A stretch of 64,000 nt of DNA, from positions 107,074,001 to 107,138,000 of the forward strand of contig OX597819.1 in assembly GCA_951406725.2 (NCBI GenBank), read 5' to 3'. Source of the stretch: Octopus vulgaris (taxonomy: Eukaryota). Position 1 is the stretch's first letter, and each line of letters starts with the position of its first letter. A model generated the notes under the pieces. That model was given only the letters and a program-made list of their open reading frames with translations, made no database searches and was not told the origin of the DNA. The position numbers and the translations under genes are program-made. This document shows, in pieces, positions 26,033 through 41,083 of this stretch.

Positions 26033-27308
26033 TATACATGCATATATGTATGAATGAATGTATGTATGCATACTCACTCGCATACATGTGTAGCTTTTAC
26101 AGGAACTAATGGGTAAAAGACCATCAAATTGTTTGAGGAATCAGCAGATGATTCTTGAAGGTGAAGGTTGGACAGGAGGTGTGAAAATGAGAGTGCTACA
26201 AGTTGGGACTTGATCAGCTTCATCTACGTTTCCATCGTTTGGACTAATTTGTGTATGAATATGTGACCATCGTTATGGTAAAATCTAGTATGTCGCAGTT
26301 TCTATTATAATGATTAAATACGCCAAAATCTTCATCTTCAGGATTCAAAACATATCTCAACTTGAATATCTCAATCTCACCATCGTTAAACTTCAAGTGA
26401 ACAAGATCGCTTTATCGTTAGATCAAAAGCAGAATACGCACATATTTTCGTCATTATGGTTCAAAATATTATATGAATTTCCTCTTCCCTTTGCCATGAT
26501 AAAAAAAGACAATGGAAATTATCTATTTGCATATATAGTTACTAGTCAACACCAGCACCCGATGGCAATGTTTCATTGACTTCGACCTAACTATACTGAA
26601 CCGGGCGCCGATTCATCACAAAATTAACTTCCAACTTCCATCAGTAATCATTTCCTGGTGAGTGTACTATAAATTAAAATAGTATCTTTCTCAGGGATAT
26701 GGCACTCCTCCCAGTCAAATAATTAAGCAGTAACCTAACGAACGCTAAGTCGACGCACTTTCATACCTATCAGTATTTAACAAATTTCCACTGATTTCAT
26801 CGCATCTAAACAATGATTTCAATATTCCTATGGGATGAATTAAATCAAATTCGTTTCTGTCTATAGTATAATATAAAATACATTTTCACGTTCTCCATCG
26901 GTATGATTGACTATCACATAATAGTTTGCACTTCACTGTAGTTAAGAAGAAAGTCAGTTGAACTAGAGAATTCCCACCCAGTTACATGTAGGAGCACGAA
27001 CAGGTAAATAGCTTATAGCTAAGGTTGAAATTAATTTAATTGTTTACTTGAAGAATGAACTGAATGCCAAGTGAGACCAATGTAGAGTATATTCATTTTG
27101 AATATATTCATTTGTAATATGCATACACACATACGCGTACACACATACAAACACATACACACACATACACGCATACACACACACATATATAACGTTTAAG
27201 GAGAGACATAAATGATAATATATGTGCCTTTATATAGTATATTATATTATATGGTATATATAATATATATTATATTGCATGGTATATATAATATAGGTAC
27301 ATACGTAT

Positions 27309-27350
<42 letters not shown>

Positions 27351-27455
27351 AGAGAGAGAGAGACAGACAGACAGAGAGAGCGTGAGAGAGAGAGAAATAG
27401 ATAGATATGATGTATATATTATATCCAATCTAAATATATGCATGCATATATGTGA

Positions 27456-27499
<44 letters not shown>

Positions 27500-28236
27500 C
27501 ATATATATAGGCATAGATATAGACATAAATATATACGTTTATATATGTTTGTATATGAATGTGTAAGCGCACGTGTTTACATCTGCATACATGGGAGAAA
27601 TAAACAACAAAACAATTTTCAGATGTCATTCCATTAGCATTTACACTGAACAAAAATATATCTGAAAGTCATCATATCAGAAAGACGTCTTCTACTCAAA
27701 CGGTGACAATCTAAATCTTGGATCACCATTCGATAAAATTTCCAAGTGCGTTTAACAGATGAATACTGTAATAGACAAACGTCGATTCCTCTGTCATGTG
27801 CTTCCGTTTTACATCATTCCAATGATATTTGATTTTTTTTTAATTTTGTACAGCTATTGATCCCATCTGCTCTTAAGTAAATCGATTACTGTGGAGAAAA
27901 CTAACTATGGAAACGTACATTCCTCTAGGAATTGCGTTTCCCGTGATAATTTATCATGTATCCCAGAGTGCAGTATGACAGAGCGAAATGTCTAAAACAG
28001 CATGAATGATCTTAATTTAATGTCTCCTTTGTAAATACGATGCACATACATGCATACATACATACATACATAAATAGGCACACATACACACACATAAGTG
28101 CACACGCAACAACAGATACGTTCGTGTGTATGTGTGTGTAGGAGAGAGAGAGAGAGTGAAAGTATTATGTGTTGCGTGTGTGTATGCGCGCGCAGCTAAA
28201 CATATGTGTATCGCATTACACACACACAAACACAGA

Positions 28237-28272
<36 letters not shown>

Positions 28273-28353
28273 CACGCACGCACACACATAAACACCAACG
28301 CGCACGCACATACACACACGCGCACGCACACACACACACACACACACCCTCAT

Positions 28354-28415
<62 letters not shown>

Positions 28416-28545
28416 GTACGATGGGGTGCTGAAAAGTTCTTGGCTTTAAGGGTCTGATGAAAGGAGTGAATGGAAGCCCGACTATTTGAGTTCTTTTACA
28501 GAGCTTAGAAAACTGAAAGGCCAGTGCAATAAGTGTGCGAATCCC
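28416..28545 (+). mobile_element. Mariner-type MITE/TIR fragment
   Basis: TACGATGGGGTGCTGAAAAGTTCTTGGCTT next to (TA)n resembles a mariner TIR. Confidence 0.5.
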
Positions 28546-28904
28546 TCTCTATATACAATTCTTTTTCTGTCTGTCAGTCCCTTCCCTATCTATTCTCAAA
28601 CGGCTCCACCGAATAAAATCAAATTTTACAAGGTAATAGTATTACACCCTGCGTGTGTTAACATGTAGTTTTGATTTTCATTTGGATTAAAACAATGTAA
28701 CTTTTTCTCGAAAATAATCTTACTATAGTCAACTGTAGTAATGGACAGTTTATACTATGACGATGACGACGGCGTCACAATTTGTATGTGAAAGTGTATG
28801 TGTCTGTCAGCGCGTGCGTTTGCGTGTTCGTTACGTACGACATAGTAAAGGACATATACACTCTGACATAACATGTCAGAGTGTACATGTGTGTGAGTGT
28901 ATGT

Positions 28905-29555
28905 GTGATTGTCAATTACACTGATGTAAACTGGTTATGTGAAAGTATTATACTGGCTCCAACTAATGAAGTGGTTGATAAACCCATTCATGAACTTCAG
29001 AATTTAACAGATACATCGGAAATGACTTTTCCATCAATTTACACAGTACCCGATCAAGATCAGGCTGTTCAATACCCTGTTGAATTTCGTTTCTAAAAAC
29101 ACTTAAACCCAAAGGAATGCCACCGCATAACTTGTCACTAAAGCTGAATGCTCCCATTATGTTGCTTAGGAATCTTGACCCACCTCGCCTATGTAATGGA
29201 AATCGCTTAATTGTTACTTCTATGAAATCTCATGTCATACAGGCAACAGTCATAACAAGTAGTCACAGAGAAGAAAATGTCTTTATTCCAAAATTTCCTC
29301 TCATATATTCTATCTGATTATAAGACGCTTCAGTTTCCAGTCAAACTAAGGTTTAGTATTTCAATTAACAAATTTCAAGGTAGTTAGACTTCATCTCTCT
29401 ACTACATGCTTCTCCCACGGCCAATTCGATGTTGGTTGCTGACAATTTGGAAGCAGCCACAATTTATTCATTTAAACACGAACACAAAAATTAGATGGCT
29501 TGAAATCCAAGGCTGAAGAGCTAATATATGCCCATCGTAGGGGTTTTACCTGCAC
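28905..29555 (+). mobile_element. Helitron PIF1-like helicase C-terminal fragment
   Basis: WLCESIILAPTN..YPVEF..GMPPHNLSLKLNAPIMLLRNLDPPRLCNG..VFIPK..QFPVKL..SINKFQG..FSHGQ. Confidence 0.92.
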
Positions 29556-29799
29556 TCACACTGACACACATTTACAGGCACAAAGTTAGTAATAATGAAT
29601 GCACACCATCATACATACTCTGCCAGATAAAAAATATAAATACATATATACATAATACAAATAAAAATATAAAAATATATAAATATATACAAAAATACAC
29701 ATAAAATATTCATAAAAATTCATTTAATAAATATACACAAATATACATGTACATACACAATACAAAATACACCCACACAACTTTACATACTTTATTGGA

Positions 29800-30070
29800 T
29801 GGCCTTTGACTCTTCTGAGTTTTTCCACCCTTTGACGGGTCTTATTTTTTATCCCTTCTGACCAAGTAAGCCCTGTGGAACTCCACTCATTATTTGTATT
29901 TCCTTGTAGGTGGACCCGTTGACCACCACTACCTAACTTTTATCTTTTAGAAAATCATGAAGCTATTCTCCAAGTTTTCCAACCATGCCAAGATTAGCAG
30001 CTTGTGACAAACCACACCATGGTCGACTTTGAAAAGGATTTGGCAAAATAGAGATATATCATGTCCATAA
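29800..30070 (-). mobile_element. CR1/L2-like LINE RT fragment
   Basis: DMIYLYFAKSF/KVDHG..LHDFLKD..VVVNGSTYKEIQIMSGVPQG. Confidence 0.75.
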
Positions 30071-32829
30071 CAATAACAATACCAAAGAATCAAGGGTGGT
30101 AATATAATGCCAGACAATGGATTAAGTGCAAAATGATGAACTGGTGTACTCCATCGTACACAACCCAGAAATTATTAATCTACCCTAATTTCACTAACAT
30201 AGCAAAGGTCAAATCTCAGTAAAAATGCCGAGCATTATGAATGAACCCGGTAACTACGAAGTAGAATATGCAACCTAACAGCCGTACTTACTGCGCTCGT
30301 ACACCAAAGTTTTCCAATTAATGAACAAGGAAACATACATAGTTTTTAACGTGTATTTGCCATAGTTACCCTGGAGATTAAAAGAATAAGCTTTCCAGAC
30401 TCTTAACAGTTTGATGGAACAGGCCCCGTGCTGTTTCATTTATAACTTAGAGGGTTCTTAAATTTTAATACGATCGGGATTTTATTGAATGCTAAAGGTT
30501 ATTCACAACATAAATATCGAATAATGAAAAAGAAATAAAACGCTGTTATCGATTAAGACTTTTCCCTCTCATAAAAGAGTAAATAACTTCGAAATAAGTC
30601 TTAAATTGAATTGACGTAAATTACGAAAAAAACCATAACTTAACACGAAGCTTGGAATATAGCTTAGAAGTATTGTTTTAAAATTGATTTTGAATATTTC
30701 AAGAAAGCGTACAGTGTAATCCACAAAGTAGTTGAACATTTAGTAACAAAGAGATTAGATATTATTATTCACTTTTCGAATATATAAATAGATTACTGAA
30801 CTTACTTTTTTATTGTTATTATTGTTGATGATGATGTTTAGCCCAAAGTCAACCACTACTCGCTAATTACAACCGCAACTGTTCATTAGTGTCTGCAAAT
30901 ATATTGTAGTTAGGATTTCATCAAACAATATGTCGATGTTTCTTTTAAGACAGTAGAGTTGGATGTAAGACTACCACCTGCAGCAGATGAAGGAACTTGA
31001 CATATTAAAAAAATATGTATTTGATTTAATGCCATTTTAGTTTCTATCCTTATGTCGGGAAGAGTTCGTGGTTGCATATCAGCAACATGTATAAGCCTAA
31101 AGTAATTGCTCCTAACTGAGGCCGAAGCTAGCAGTTTTCGAGAGGAAGGACAAGTCGATACTATTAACAAGCCTTCTTCCGTCTAAGCCCAGAACTTCAG
31201 TGTTTTTTTTTTCAGCAACATCAGAAAAGTGACTGGTAAAGTTGAATTCTACGTGATTTGAACTCAGATCGTAATGAGGCGGAAGACATAGCGCAAAGAA
31301 TTATGTCCGACGCAAATTCATGCCTTGGTTGTTCCCCTATTTTAATACACCATCATAAGAGGCATAACTATTCAGGCTGATGGCACTGACGAGGTGATCA
31401 AACAAACCGTCGATATATAATATGAAAAACTGATTTTGAAGTGTGTCAACAGATTTTCTATAGAATTTAGAGCCAATACTAAATTTTACGAGCGTTTCGT
31501 ATACGAATACGTCAATGTAAAATGAACTCATCAATTATCCACGAACACATTGCTTAACCCAATAAGTTTAGCGCTGTAACATTATTGGATAGATCAATTT
31601 ACATATAAAACAGATTCCCGGTAGCTAGTACGTAAATATTCATTACTACAATATACTCTAATATACTATAATATACTAGCAAATATATTAAAGGTTTACA
31701 AGTCAACATTGTAACTTACTCTCGTGTTAATAGTACGAAGTGCTCATTTTAAAGTATAACTCTACATTTTTTATAGATTTCAGAGCCAGGAATGGAACTT
31801 ACGACGTTTCGTATTCGTATACATTCATGAAACCACGTCATGAAAGGTACAAGAAATAGGTAACGTGTGTATATGCATATTTCAAGATCTTTCTTTAGCA
31901 CCACATCCAACCCATCAATTATCCACGATAGCATGGCTTCAATTCCCAATCAAATTAGCGATTCAACTGAAACAAATCTATAGAATGTATAAAAAAGGAA
32001 TTTATAGCAATAATACTAAGAGGGATATATGATACATCTATGAGACAACAGAAATTAACCTCCAGAGGAAAAGAAACAATGCTGAGGATTCTGTGTTGTA
32101 ATGGTCATTTGTTGATGAAATAGCCATAACTGAAGAAGAAAGATGAGTGAAACGCTTGTTGGTTACCATAACACTTTAAACCCTTTTTTGTACGTGAATT
32201 TTGGAGGTAAGAGCCATGATTGAACTTGTACTAATAGCAGTAAGGTGCACCAGAATATGTTACACATACAATCAAAGAAAGAAATATTCTTAGTAATTAT
32301 TCTTAAGTCACTTTCTTTCTCCACTCCTGTTCGTTTTGGTGTTAAAATAGCTTGACTAGACTTGGATACAATTTCAATAGAAACAAAAGAAACTATCTGC
32401 TTTTTTTTTATTTGGTTAGATTCATGCATCACATGATGCCTAACTGGAAATATTGTAACATAAACTACTCCGATTCTGCAGAGAAATCGACCTGAAATTC
32501 AGCTTTAAAAAAAGTGAACCAAGGAAACCGAAACCTATAAAGCACAACGAAACAAAGATAAGAGAATTATAGCATAAACAGATTAGAAAATAATTAGGAT
32601 TCAAGTAAACTCAACGTAATACAAAACACACGAATAAAAGAAAGGCCAGGAAAATCGTTGCAGATGCATTAGCTTAATATTTAACATAGAGCTAAATATT
32701 AAAAATAAAATATAGTTATTGGTAATCAATATTGTAGTTGTTCCGGTAATAAATAATAGTAATAATATTATCAATTGGACGCTAAATGAATTAGCTATGT
32801 TAAACAAGAAACAAGAACAAATTATGACT

Positions 32830-33790
32830 TCATTTAGAATATACCATGAGAACGTCGACACAAAAAGATATTTATCGTGAATACAGCTAGATAGGTAGGT
32901 GAGTAGATGAGTAGGTATGAGGGTAGCTGACTGCTGAAACCAGAAAACTATCACAAACATACCTACTATCAGAATACAAAGATATCTAGTAAAGAATGGA
33001 GGGGAAAATTTGTTTTCTGCATTAGGTGAAGTAATTCGTACAAAAGAGAAACTGAGATAACGAGCAACTGGGAGAAGAATACAAAATCAAGCAGAGGAAA
33101 CATTTTGGAAACTAAACTAAACTAAAGATAAGGCGAAGGAAAATCACGCTAAGGCCATAGCAAGAAAAACCTCTACATGACTTATTGTTGACAAGAATGA
33201 CTGAAGTACTAGTGAGAGAAAAAGTTTGAGAGACGCAGAACTCAAAACAACTGAGACTGAAAGATATTTGACAGTAACTCACAATTATATTCTCTCCAGT
33301 AGAAATAAAGGAAATGAAAGAAAACGACAGAAAAAACAAAGAAACGTATAAGGAACCAGAAAATAAATCTGAATAATATTGACCGGATATTGTTATCACA
33401 GAACTTCAGGAAAAGAAATGTCTCTTAATCAATAACGAATTTCAACTGATAACAATGTATCTCTAAAAGAAATGGAGAAACTATCCAAATATAAATAATA
33501 AGAAATAGATAACCAGAATTTGGAGATTGTAAACAGAACGAACAGCTATAAAAATAACTGATTTAGAGATTATAAAAATTGATTAAGATGGATAGAAAAT
33601 CAAAACCCCAGAACGTACACAGCGGACAGAAAGTAGCACTGCGAACATATTAAGCTGAAAATATAAAATAGAAAACAAAGCAATTTGTGTACTCATGACA
33701 CACAGAGCGTTTGGTTCTGCGGGGAATGCAAGAATTACGAACAGGGTTACTTACATGATAACAAGAAATACATGTTAATAGTAACAATAA
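32830..33790 (+). mobile_element. Highly decayed R4/Dong LINE 3' fragments
   Basis: RKPLHD..; PDIVITELQEKKCLLI..TDNNVSLKEMEKLSKYK; ends in AATAGTAACAATAATAA. Confidence 0.6.
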
Positions 33791-34090
33791 TAAGGTTTAT
33801 TTATTTCAATGTTCTGCATTGATGAAACTTCAGTAGAGTTTAGCGAATGAGAAATATATAAACATTCGTACCCGAATTAGATCTCCGCAACAATAACATT
33901 TTCATAGAAGTAGAAAAAAATAGGGGAAGCTAAACGCATAATAGGAAAGGCAAAAAACACAGAGATATGGTGATTTATATTAACTGACATAAAGCATGCA
34001 CATATACTTCAATGATGGGCTCCCAGGTCGGGTTCAAAGAACAAGTTATTCACGGTTCTCTGTGTATATATTGTATTAGAATAATGTAAA

Positions 34091-36525
34091 CTAGCGAGAC
34101 CCGTTAATATTTCACGGAATTAATGGTAAATCTATTGGGATATTTCTGAAAACTTTATCCCAAAAACTTGAAAGCGTATCCTGTGTTGTGTCTGTATCAA
34201 AAGATAATCATTCATTTGCTAATCATTGAAAAGTGAAGAAAATTGGAATAAAATGATGAGATTCTAGGTAAATTCCACTACGGTAAATTCGAAGACGGTA
34301 AATTTCACTATAGTTAATATGAATATATTTTAGATCACATTTTATTCGCACATGAAGATAAAAATGACGGCGATTGCATAAAAATAAAGTTATGAAAAAA
34401 GTTTAATATATTTGAAGAAAATTCTTTTATGAGAAATTGCGTGCAACATTTCTTTAAAATTTCGGAGCGTTTTCCGAATGATAATTCTCAACTAGCTTCT
34501 TTAGTCGAGCATCAATCATTTGATAAGATATTTTTTGTCTAGTTCCCACGTCGAATGTGTGCAATTTTCGTCTGACTTAAGCCTTCTTCATTTTTAAATG
34601 CCTTCATTTTTAAAGGCATTCAGAGTTTCCACAAATTTGCATGTATGGATGTTATCGATGACCGCAAAGCATTGTGGAACCCTTCTACTGAACTATTTGC
34701 TCTTGGCAAGTCATTTAAAACGCTGTCCCGTTTATTCCAGAGCTGGATTGGAAACTCTGGGGCTTCTCTTCGTCGACGAAAACCGCTTCCCTTTACATTC
34801 CCAATGTATGAATTCCCAAGATATGCAATAAACTCAGAAGGGATGCTTTCATCATCAGACAAATCTTCAACTCCATTGACAACGTCTTCATTTGGTAGAA
34901 ATGCTAAAGCGCAAAAACACTTAATTTTCATCTGTGTTGTATCTCCTACTCTCACCAAGTGCACATATCGCCCGCCAAATAGTCTGTCCGAGATGAAAAA
35001 ACACACCCAACTACTTCTAAATGCAGAAATAAAGAAACAGATGAATTATGGAGGGTTTTTTTTTTTTCAAAATCCATAAGACAGGTCGCAGGTCGGCAAT
35101 TTACCCTTAAACACCGCACAGCAGACAGAATTCGGTGATTTGAGGCCTCTTTTTCGTCAGGATGTAAGACAAGAAGCATGGGTACTCATGACCCTCCACT
35201 GGTGATATGTAGCATGAAAAGCTGACACCACAAACTAGGAGACACCTTAAAAGTCCCATCACAGACCCAATTTTCAGAGCTTTCTAGATCAACCAACCTT
35301 ATTCGGAGAAAAAAAAATTTTGTCTGAGTCATCAATGCCACTGTTAAAGACCAAAAGCAATGACTCATTTTCTCAGTACTTAACTGCATCAGGAATTTCA
35401 ATCCCTGAACGGCAAGCTGCAAGTGCTGGCATTCCTAAAGCATGCTGCCTCCAGTTACGTGTGTTACATGAATGTCCAGGAATAGTTTGCAACAATGATT
35501 ATGCTTCCTCATCGAAATTTTGTACAGCAGTAACTATCACTTCCCGTGAAGATACTATGCCCGATCTCAAATCTTCATTATTCATTGAATTAACTGCCTT
35601 TCGTGCATTAACGTGTGCATTGCTTGCTGAGTGATTATAGGAGCTCGTTGAAAAAATAACTTCCGGTATACTGGAATTGAAAGTTGCATGTAGTCTAACC
35701 CGGCAACCTTTGTAAGAACGTTCACAACGCCAATATACTTTTCTTTTGCTACTGCTAACCCCATTCTTTTCGTATATATGATTCTCTTTGTCACAAAGCT
35801 TACGTTTGTTCTTCTCTGATGTTATAACTGTTGCCATGGTTCATGGTTTCAAAGCTCAAAGTTAAACTGAATTTAAAAAATAGCAGTACAGTGAAATTCA
35901 GTTAAAAAAACGAGTAATAATGGCATAAACCTATAAATTACTTAAGAGGTGTGTAACAAGGGTGTGTGCAATTAGTTTTCTATACACCGTTTTTTTTTTC
36001 CGTGTGAAATTTACCGTTGTGGAATTTACCTTAATGGGATATTATCCAGTGAATATTACCTATCGTGAAATTTACCGAAGTGGAATTTACCGATCACGGA
36101 TGATTACTTGATTCACTTTATATATAAACTTTACATATTTTATGCACAATTTTATAGACTGAATATACAGCACTCCTCAGCTTCTTCTCTCACTCCTCGG
36201 GTTACTTGCTTTTCTTTCTCCTTTTTCTTTCACTCTTCGCCTTTTCCTTCAACTAATTACGTGAAAGCGTTACAGACGGTCTAAGTGACGGAGAAAAAGT
36301 TTAGCTAAAAAAATTACACATTTTACTCAGCACCAGCACTCCCACACCTCTCTACCCTCCCCTTTCTCCCCTCCCGCATCTCCCTTCCCATTATCTCCAC
36401 TTCCCATTCCCCTCCTTCCCTACCCCTACACTATCTCTATCATCCCCTCCCTCCCCTTCAACTAATCACGTAGAAGCGTTACGGATGAGCTGAATAAAAG
36501 TGAAAGAAACAGAATTATTATAAGA
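34091..36525 (-). mobile_element. Non-autonomous Helitron interrupted by a MULE
   Basis: Minus-strand 5' A|TCTTATAATA at 36525, and a 3' short hairpin (CCGT..ACGG, 34101-34117) followed by CTAG|T at 34091. Confidence 0.6.
34267..36098 (-). mobile_element. Mutator-like (MULE) DNA transposon with FLYWCH domain, near full-length, frameshifted
   Basis: YWRCERSYKGCRVRLH (FLYWCH), WVCDGTFKVSP..QLFMLH, CLMDFEK, VVGCVF, ALAFLP, RANSSVEGFHN. Inverted ends built from ~15-bp GGTAAATTCCACTAC units. Transposase runs from 35837 to ~34430. Confidence 0.92.
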
Positions 36526-37336
36526 TGGCTAAGTATTCCCCAAACAACTGTAACACTTAGTGTAATCCTCAGGCAGAATCAAAATGATTGAGCCTTCTAC
36601 AGACAGTTGAGCTTTTAATGTAAGCCCCAAACAAAGTTAAATTTCTAAGTCTTCTACAGATTTATTGTACACTTGATTTAATTCCCAAGAAGAGTCACAG
36701 CGACACTCAATTATAGGAAGATTTCATAATTTATTTTGCAGCATGAACTGGTAAAGCTGTTAGCGTGTTAGATAAAATAACCCGCGTTTATGTTACGACA
36801 TCCTGCATCCTGAATTTTCAGATGTCAATGTTCGGCGTCGAAAAGATTAACTCGTCGACGAGATGTAAGGGACTCTTCCATCAAGATTTGTGAACGACAG
36901 TATCAGCATTCTGAAAACCATTGAAAACCTGATCTCCTTGATTCGACTGCCACCATCATAGTTGAACATGCAGCAGTTACTTTAATATATGCACATACTG
37001 CTTCACAATGCCGGCATTAAGTATAATAGATACATGTTATCTGAAGATCTTGTTCCAGTTTCTATCTTCCGATGAGTGATGTGTACTTATAATGTAACTT
37101 TTTAGTAGAATCACTGTGTGAGGATGCTGACATTTTGAATCAGCAGTAATGTTTATCTCACAATATTCCTCGACCATATTTTCCTCAATAATATTTGATT
37201 AACGTATCGCTAGTCTTTTACGAGTACCAATCATAAAACATTGACCCTTCAAGGATATTATTTGGTCATACTGATCCCCAAAATTATTTCTAATACTCAA
37301 TTTAGCGATAACTTGCGAGACATCAGTTTTTAACTG

Positions 37337-37566
37337 TTTCGTTACTACCCAGAGAGGGGCTAAACACAGAGGGGACAAACAAGGCCAGACAAACGAATTA
37401 AGTCGATTGTATCGACTCCAGTGAGTAACTGGTACTTATTTAATCGATCCCGAAAAGATGAAAGGCAAAGTCGACCTCGGCGGAATTTGAACTCAGAACG
37501 TATCGGCAGACGAAATACGGCTACGCATTTCGCCCGGCGTGCTAACGTTTCTGCCAGCTCGCCGCC
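37337..37566 (-). mobile_element. SINE family A, young full-length copy
   Basis: GGCGGCGAGCTGGCAGAA head, GTTCAAATTCC B-box; flanking GACATCAGTT at 37319 and 37569. Confidence 0.92.
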
Positions 37567-37660
37567 CTGACATCAGTTCATACCGATACCCACAAACATG
37601 TACATAATACACACATATACACACCTATAAATGATATATTACACACGCGCGCGCGCGTGC

Positions 37661-37693
<33 letters not shown>

Positions 37694-37987
37694 CACGCGT
37701 TTAAGGCTAGACAAATATTTAATATATATATGCTTTTATTTATGGTATGTATAATGTAAGTTTATACCTATATACGTATATGATGTATATGTGCTTCTCG
37801 TGTTTTCTCTTGGACCACGCTCTTGGATTTCAAATATGATTAACCAAATGCACCGAATCCAAAAGTTTGCTTGGAGACAAGAGCACGTTATATAAATCTA
37901 CTGAATTATCATCATGTATACATGGGTCGAAACTACTAGTACCGTTTATTCAAATGCTGTATACATTGAATGACATTTATCCTTACT

Positions 37988-38051
<64 letters not shown>

Positions 38052-39014
38052 GCAATGTCACAAATAGAAAGATGGGTTAAAATTACGAGCGTATTCTTTT
38101 TAGGAAATCAATTTTTACGTTGGCCTAGTATAGACAAGCCCTATTTATGTTTGAAACCACGTTTATTTCTCCCTGTGGATAGAAAATTAATCAGCCTGAT
38201 TAGCTTAATAAACACATGAGAGTGTGATCAGGAGCGGGTAATCGATTTCTGACGAGGCTAGATAGTTTTCAGTTCGATCTATTTGTTTTGTCACAGCAAT
38301 CAATATATCATTAATGAAGATGTAATTATTGATTGATTTCTCTTCAAAGAGTAAGTAATTCTAGTGAATCTTTTGATTGCGTCTACATTATAATTGCATG
38401 TCTCTGTGGACGTATGTATATGTGTGTACTTGTTTGTGTTTATGTTCTTGTATATGAGTCTGCCCGTGTGAATGTATATGTGAGTATAAAGAGATTGACT
38501 ATAGATCTTCATCGTCGCATTGTACTATTAGAACTTAGCCACTTGATGAATAAGCAGCTTGTAGATTATTAGAGTCAATACTATTGTTTAAAACAGTTGA
38601 CAGTGGTACCCCAACATGGCACAAGCCAATAAAAAACATATACTCATTTAATCCCCCAAGGATCATATGGGTGACCTAACAATAACGCAAGTATTTTCTT
38701 ATTCAAAGGCTTTGCCTCTCAAAAATATTATTTGTATCTATTTACAAATAGGCTTGGTCATAAGATTCAGTGACATATTTATATGAGCCTAAGCTTCATT
38801 TCCATGTCCTCATAGCTGTTACAACTCTTTCCATAATCGTTTTATGTGCCTATCTGATAAACAGCAGATATACGCACACCTTGGTTCCACTTAGATAAGA
38901 CCTAGCGGAACATCAAGTAACTGACAGGAAAATGGTGAAAAAGCTGCCAGCGCAGTCAGTTATTTCACGTGAGGTAACTTGCACAAAGACTGACTCAGCG
39001 TCAGGTCCATTCAT

Positions 39015-39246
39015 GGCGGCGAGCTGGCAGAACCGTTAGCACGCCGGGCGAAATGCGTAGCCGTATTTCGTCTGTCGTTACGTTCTGAGTTCAAATTCCG
39101 CCGAGGTCGACTTTGCTTTTCATCCTTTCGGGGTCGATAAATTAAGTACCAGTTACGCACTGGGGTCGATGTAATCGACTTAATACCTATGTCTGTTCTT
39201 GTTTGTCCCCTCTATGTTTAGTCCCTTGTGGGTAATAAAGAAATAG
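39015..39246 (+). mobile_element. SINE family A, young full-length copy with 15-bp TSD
   Basis: Perfect TSD GTCAGGTCCATTCAT at 39000-39014 and 39247-39261; central TTTCATCCTTTCGGGGTCGATAAATTAAGTACCAG (Meta-domain-like). Confidence 0.95.
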
Positions 39247-40633
39247 GTCAGGTCCATTCATGTGTTTGCATGTCCATGTTTGTCTATTTTCTATGTATGT
39301 GTGTGGGCCTGTGTTTGTATATGTATGCACCTCTGTCTCCTTGTGTGTGCATATCTGTGTGTGTGTGTGTGTTATGTAACTATGTACCATGATTGTAAGT
39401 ATGGATGTGCATCTCTATATGTATGGATCCGTGTTTCCATATGTGTTCTTGTGCGGAGTAAAGTGTATGTGTATATATGGTCATGTGTTTCAATCTCAAT
39501 TTACGTATGTGTGCTTATGTGTTCTTATAACCTATGTACCTATCCGTCTGTATGTAGATCTATTTATTTTCATATACATATGCTTACATACAAAAACTAC
39601 ATGTGCATACACACACACTCACACCTACATACATCTATCTACATAACAGTCCACTAACTATTCTACTCTACCCGTGTAAACTGTGTGTATGGAGGTATGA
39701 TATATACTATGTATATTTCCTATTTAGTATTCAATTAGTATTACTATTTAGGTTTCATTTATAAGGACGTACTCCCGTATTTGTCTGAGTGTTGAGTCTT
39801 TTGGGTGCTTGGATAAGATGCAGATGTCAAGTTGACCCATATTGCCTCCATGGTGGTCTTTGGCATGTTGGTAGAGTATGGAGGACTGTTTTCTGTCGTC
39901 ATATTGTCTTAGATGTTCATTTATTCATTCTGCAATGCTCCTAGATGTCTAGGAGCATTGATAATTTATCATCTAGACTGAAATGAAGGAACGGAAAGCT
40001 GACGTCAGCAGAATTTGAACTTAAACCGCAGAAACTCGTAACAACTACTGAGACCTTCTATACAACGTACTAACAAATCCGTCCTATGCCAATTTATATA
40101 TGTATATATGTGTGTGTGTGTGTATGTGTGTGTATGTGTGTGTGTGTGTACGTGTCTGTGTGTGTATCTGTGTGTGTGTGTATTTATATATATACATATA
40201 TAGACATTGATAGTATCATGTTCACTCACAATCATCAACAATGGCGAAAAGTCCAATAATAGAATATAAACCCATTAAGTAGTCATTTTGAAACTCTTTG
40301 TACGAACAAAACTTTGATAATATATGAAAACGTTGGATAGATATAAAGCATAATTGTAGTTAAGTATGCTTTGAAATAATATAGAACATAGTTTGACTTG
40401 TCAGAAATCTATCAAACTGATATGACAGAACGCTACGACTTCATCCCGGGCGATTCGTGAATATTTTTTGAGCAAATCTCCTGTATCATTTGAAGTTTCG
40501 TCATTGCTGATAATTGCTTAAAACATGAAACCACTGATCTCCAAGGATTTCTATTTCCAATGTTTATACATTGTATGTGTGTATGTGTGTGTGAGCGTAT
40601 GCATATATATATGTGTGTGTGTGTGAGCGTATG

Positions 40634-40664
<31 letters not shown>

Positions 40665-40947
40665 ATGTATATGTATATAGATATGTATATATATGTATAT
40701 GTGTGCATATATATATGTATATATGTGTCTATATATAAGCATATATATGTGTGTGTGAGGGTGAATGTGTTTTCTTATATATTGCGTTTTCAACTGAGAA
40801 AAAATAAAAGAAATATTAAAACATAAATATTGTCCTTCATAGATGGCGATTACTACATTGTCTTGCGAGTTGTAATTACACCGTATCAGAACTCGATATC
40901 TTGACATTGCATGTAAATGCGATATATCATTTGTGTATGCAATACAC

Positions 40948-41037
<90 letters not shown>

Positions 41038-41083
41038 TATTATTCTCATCATTATTTCTGTTGTTGCTGTTCTTGTTGTTACT

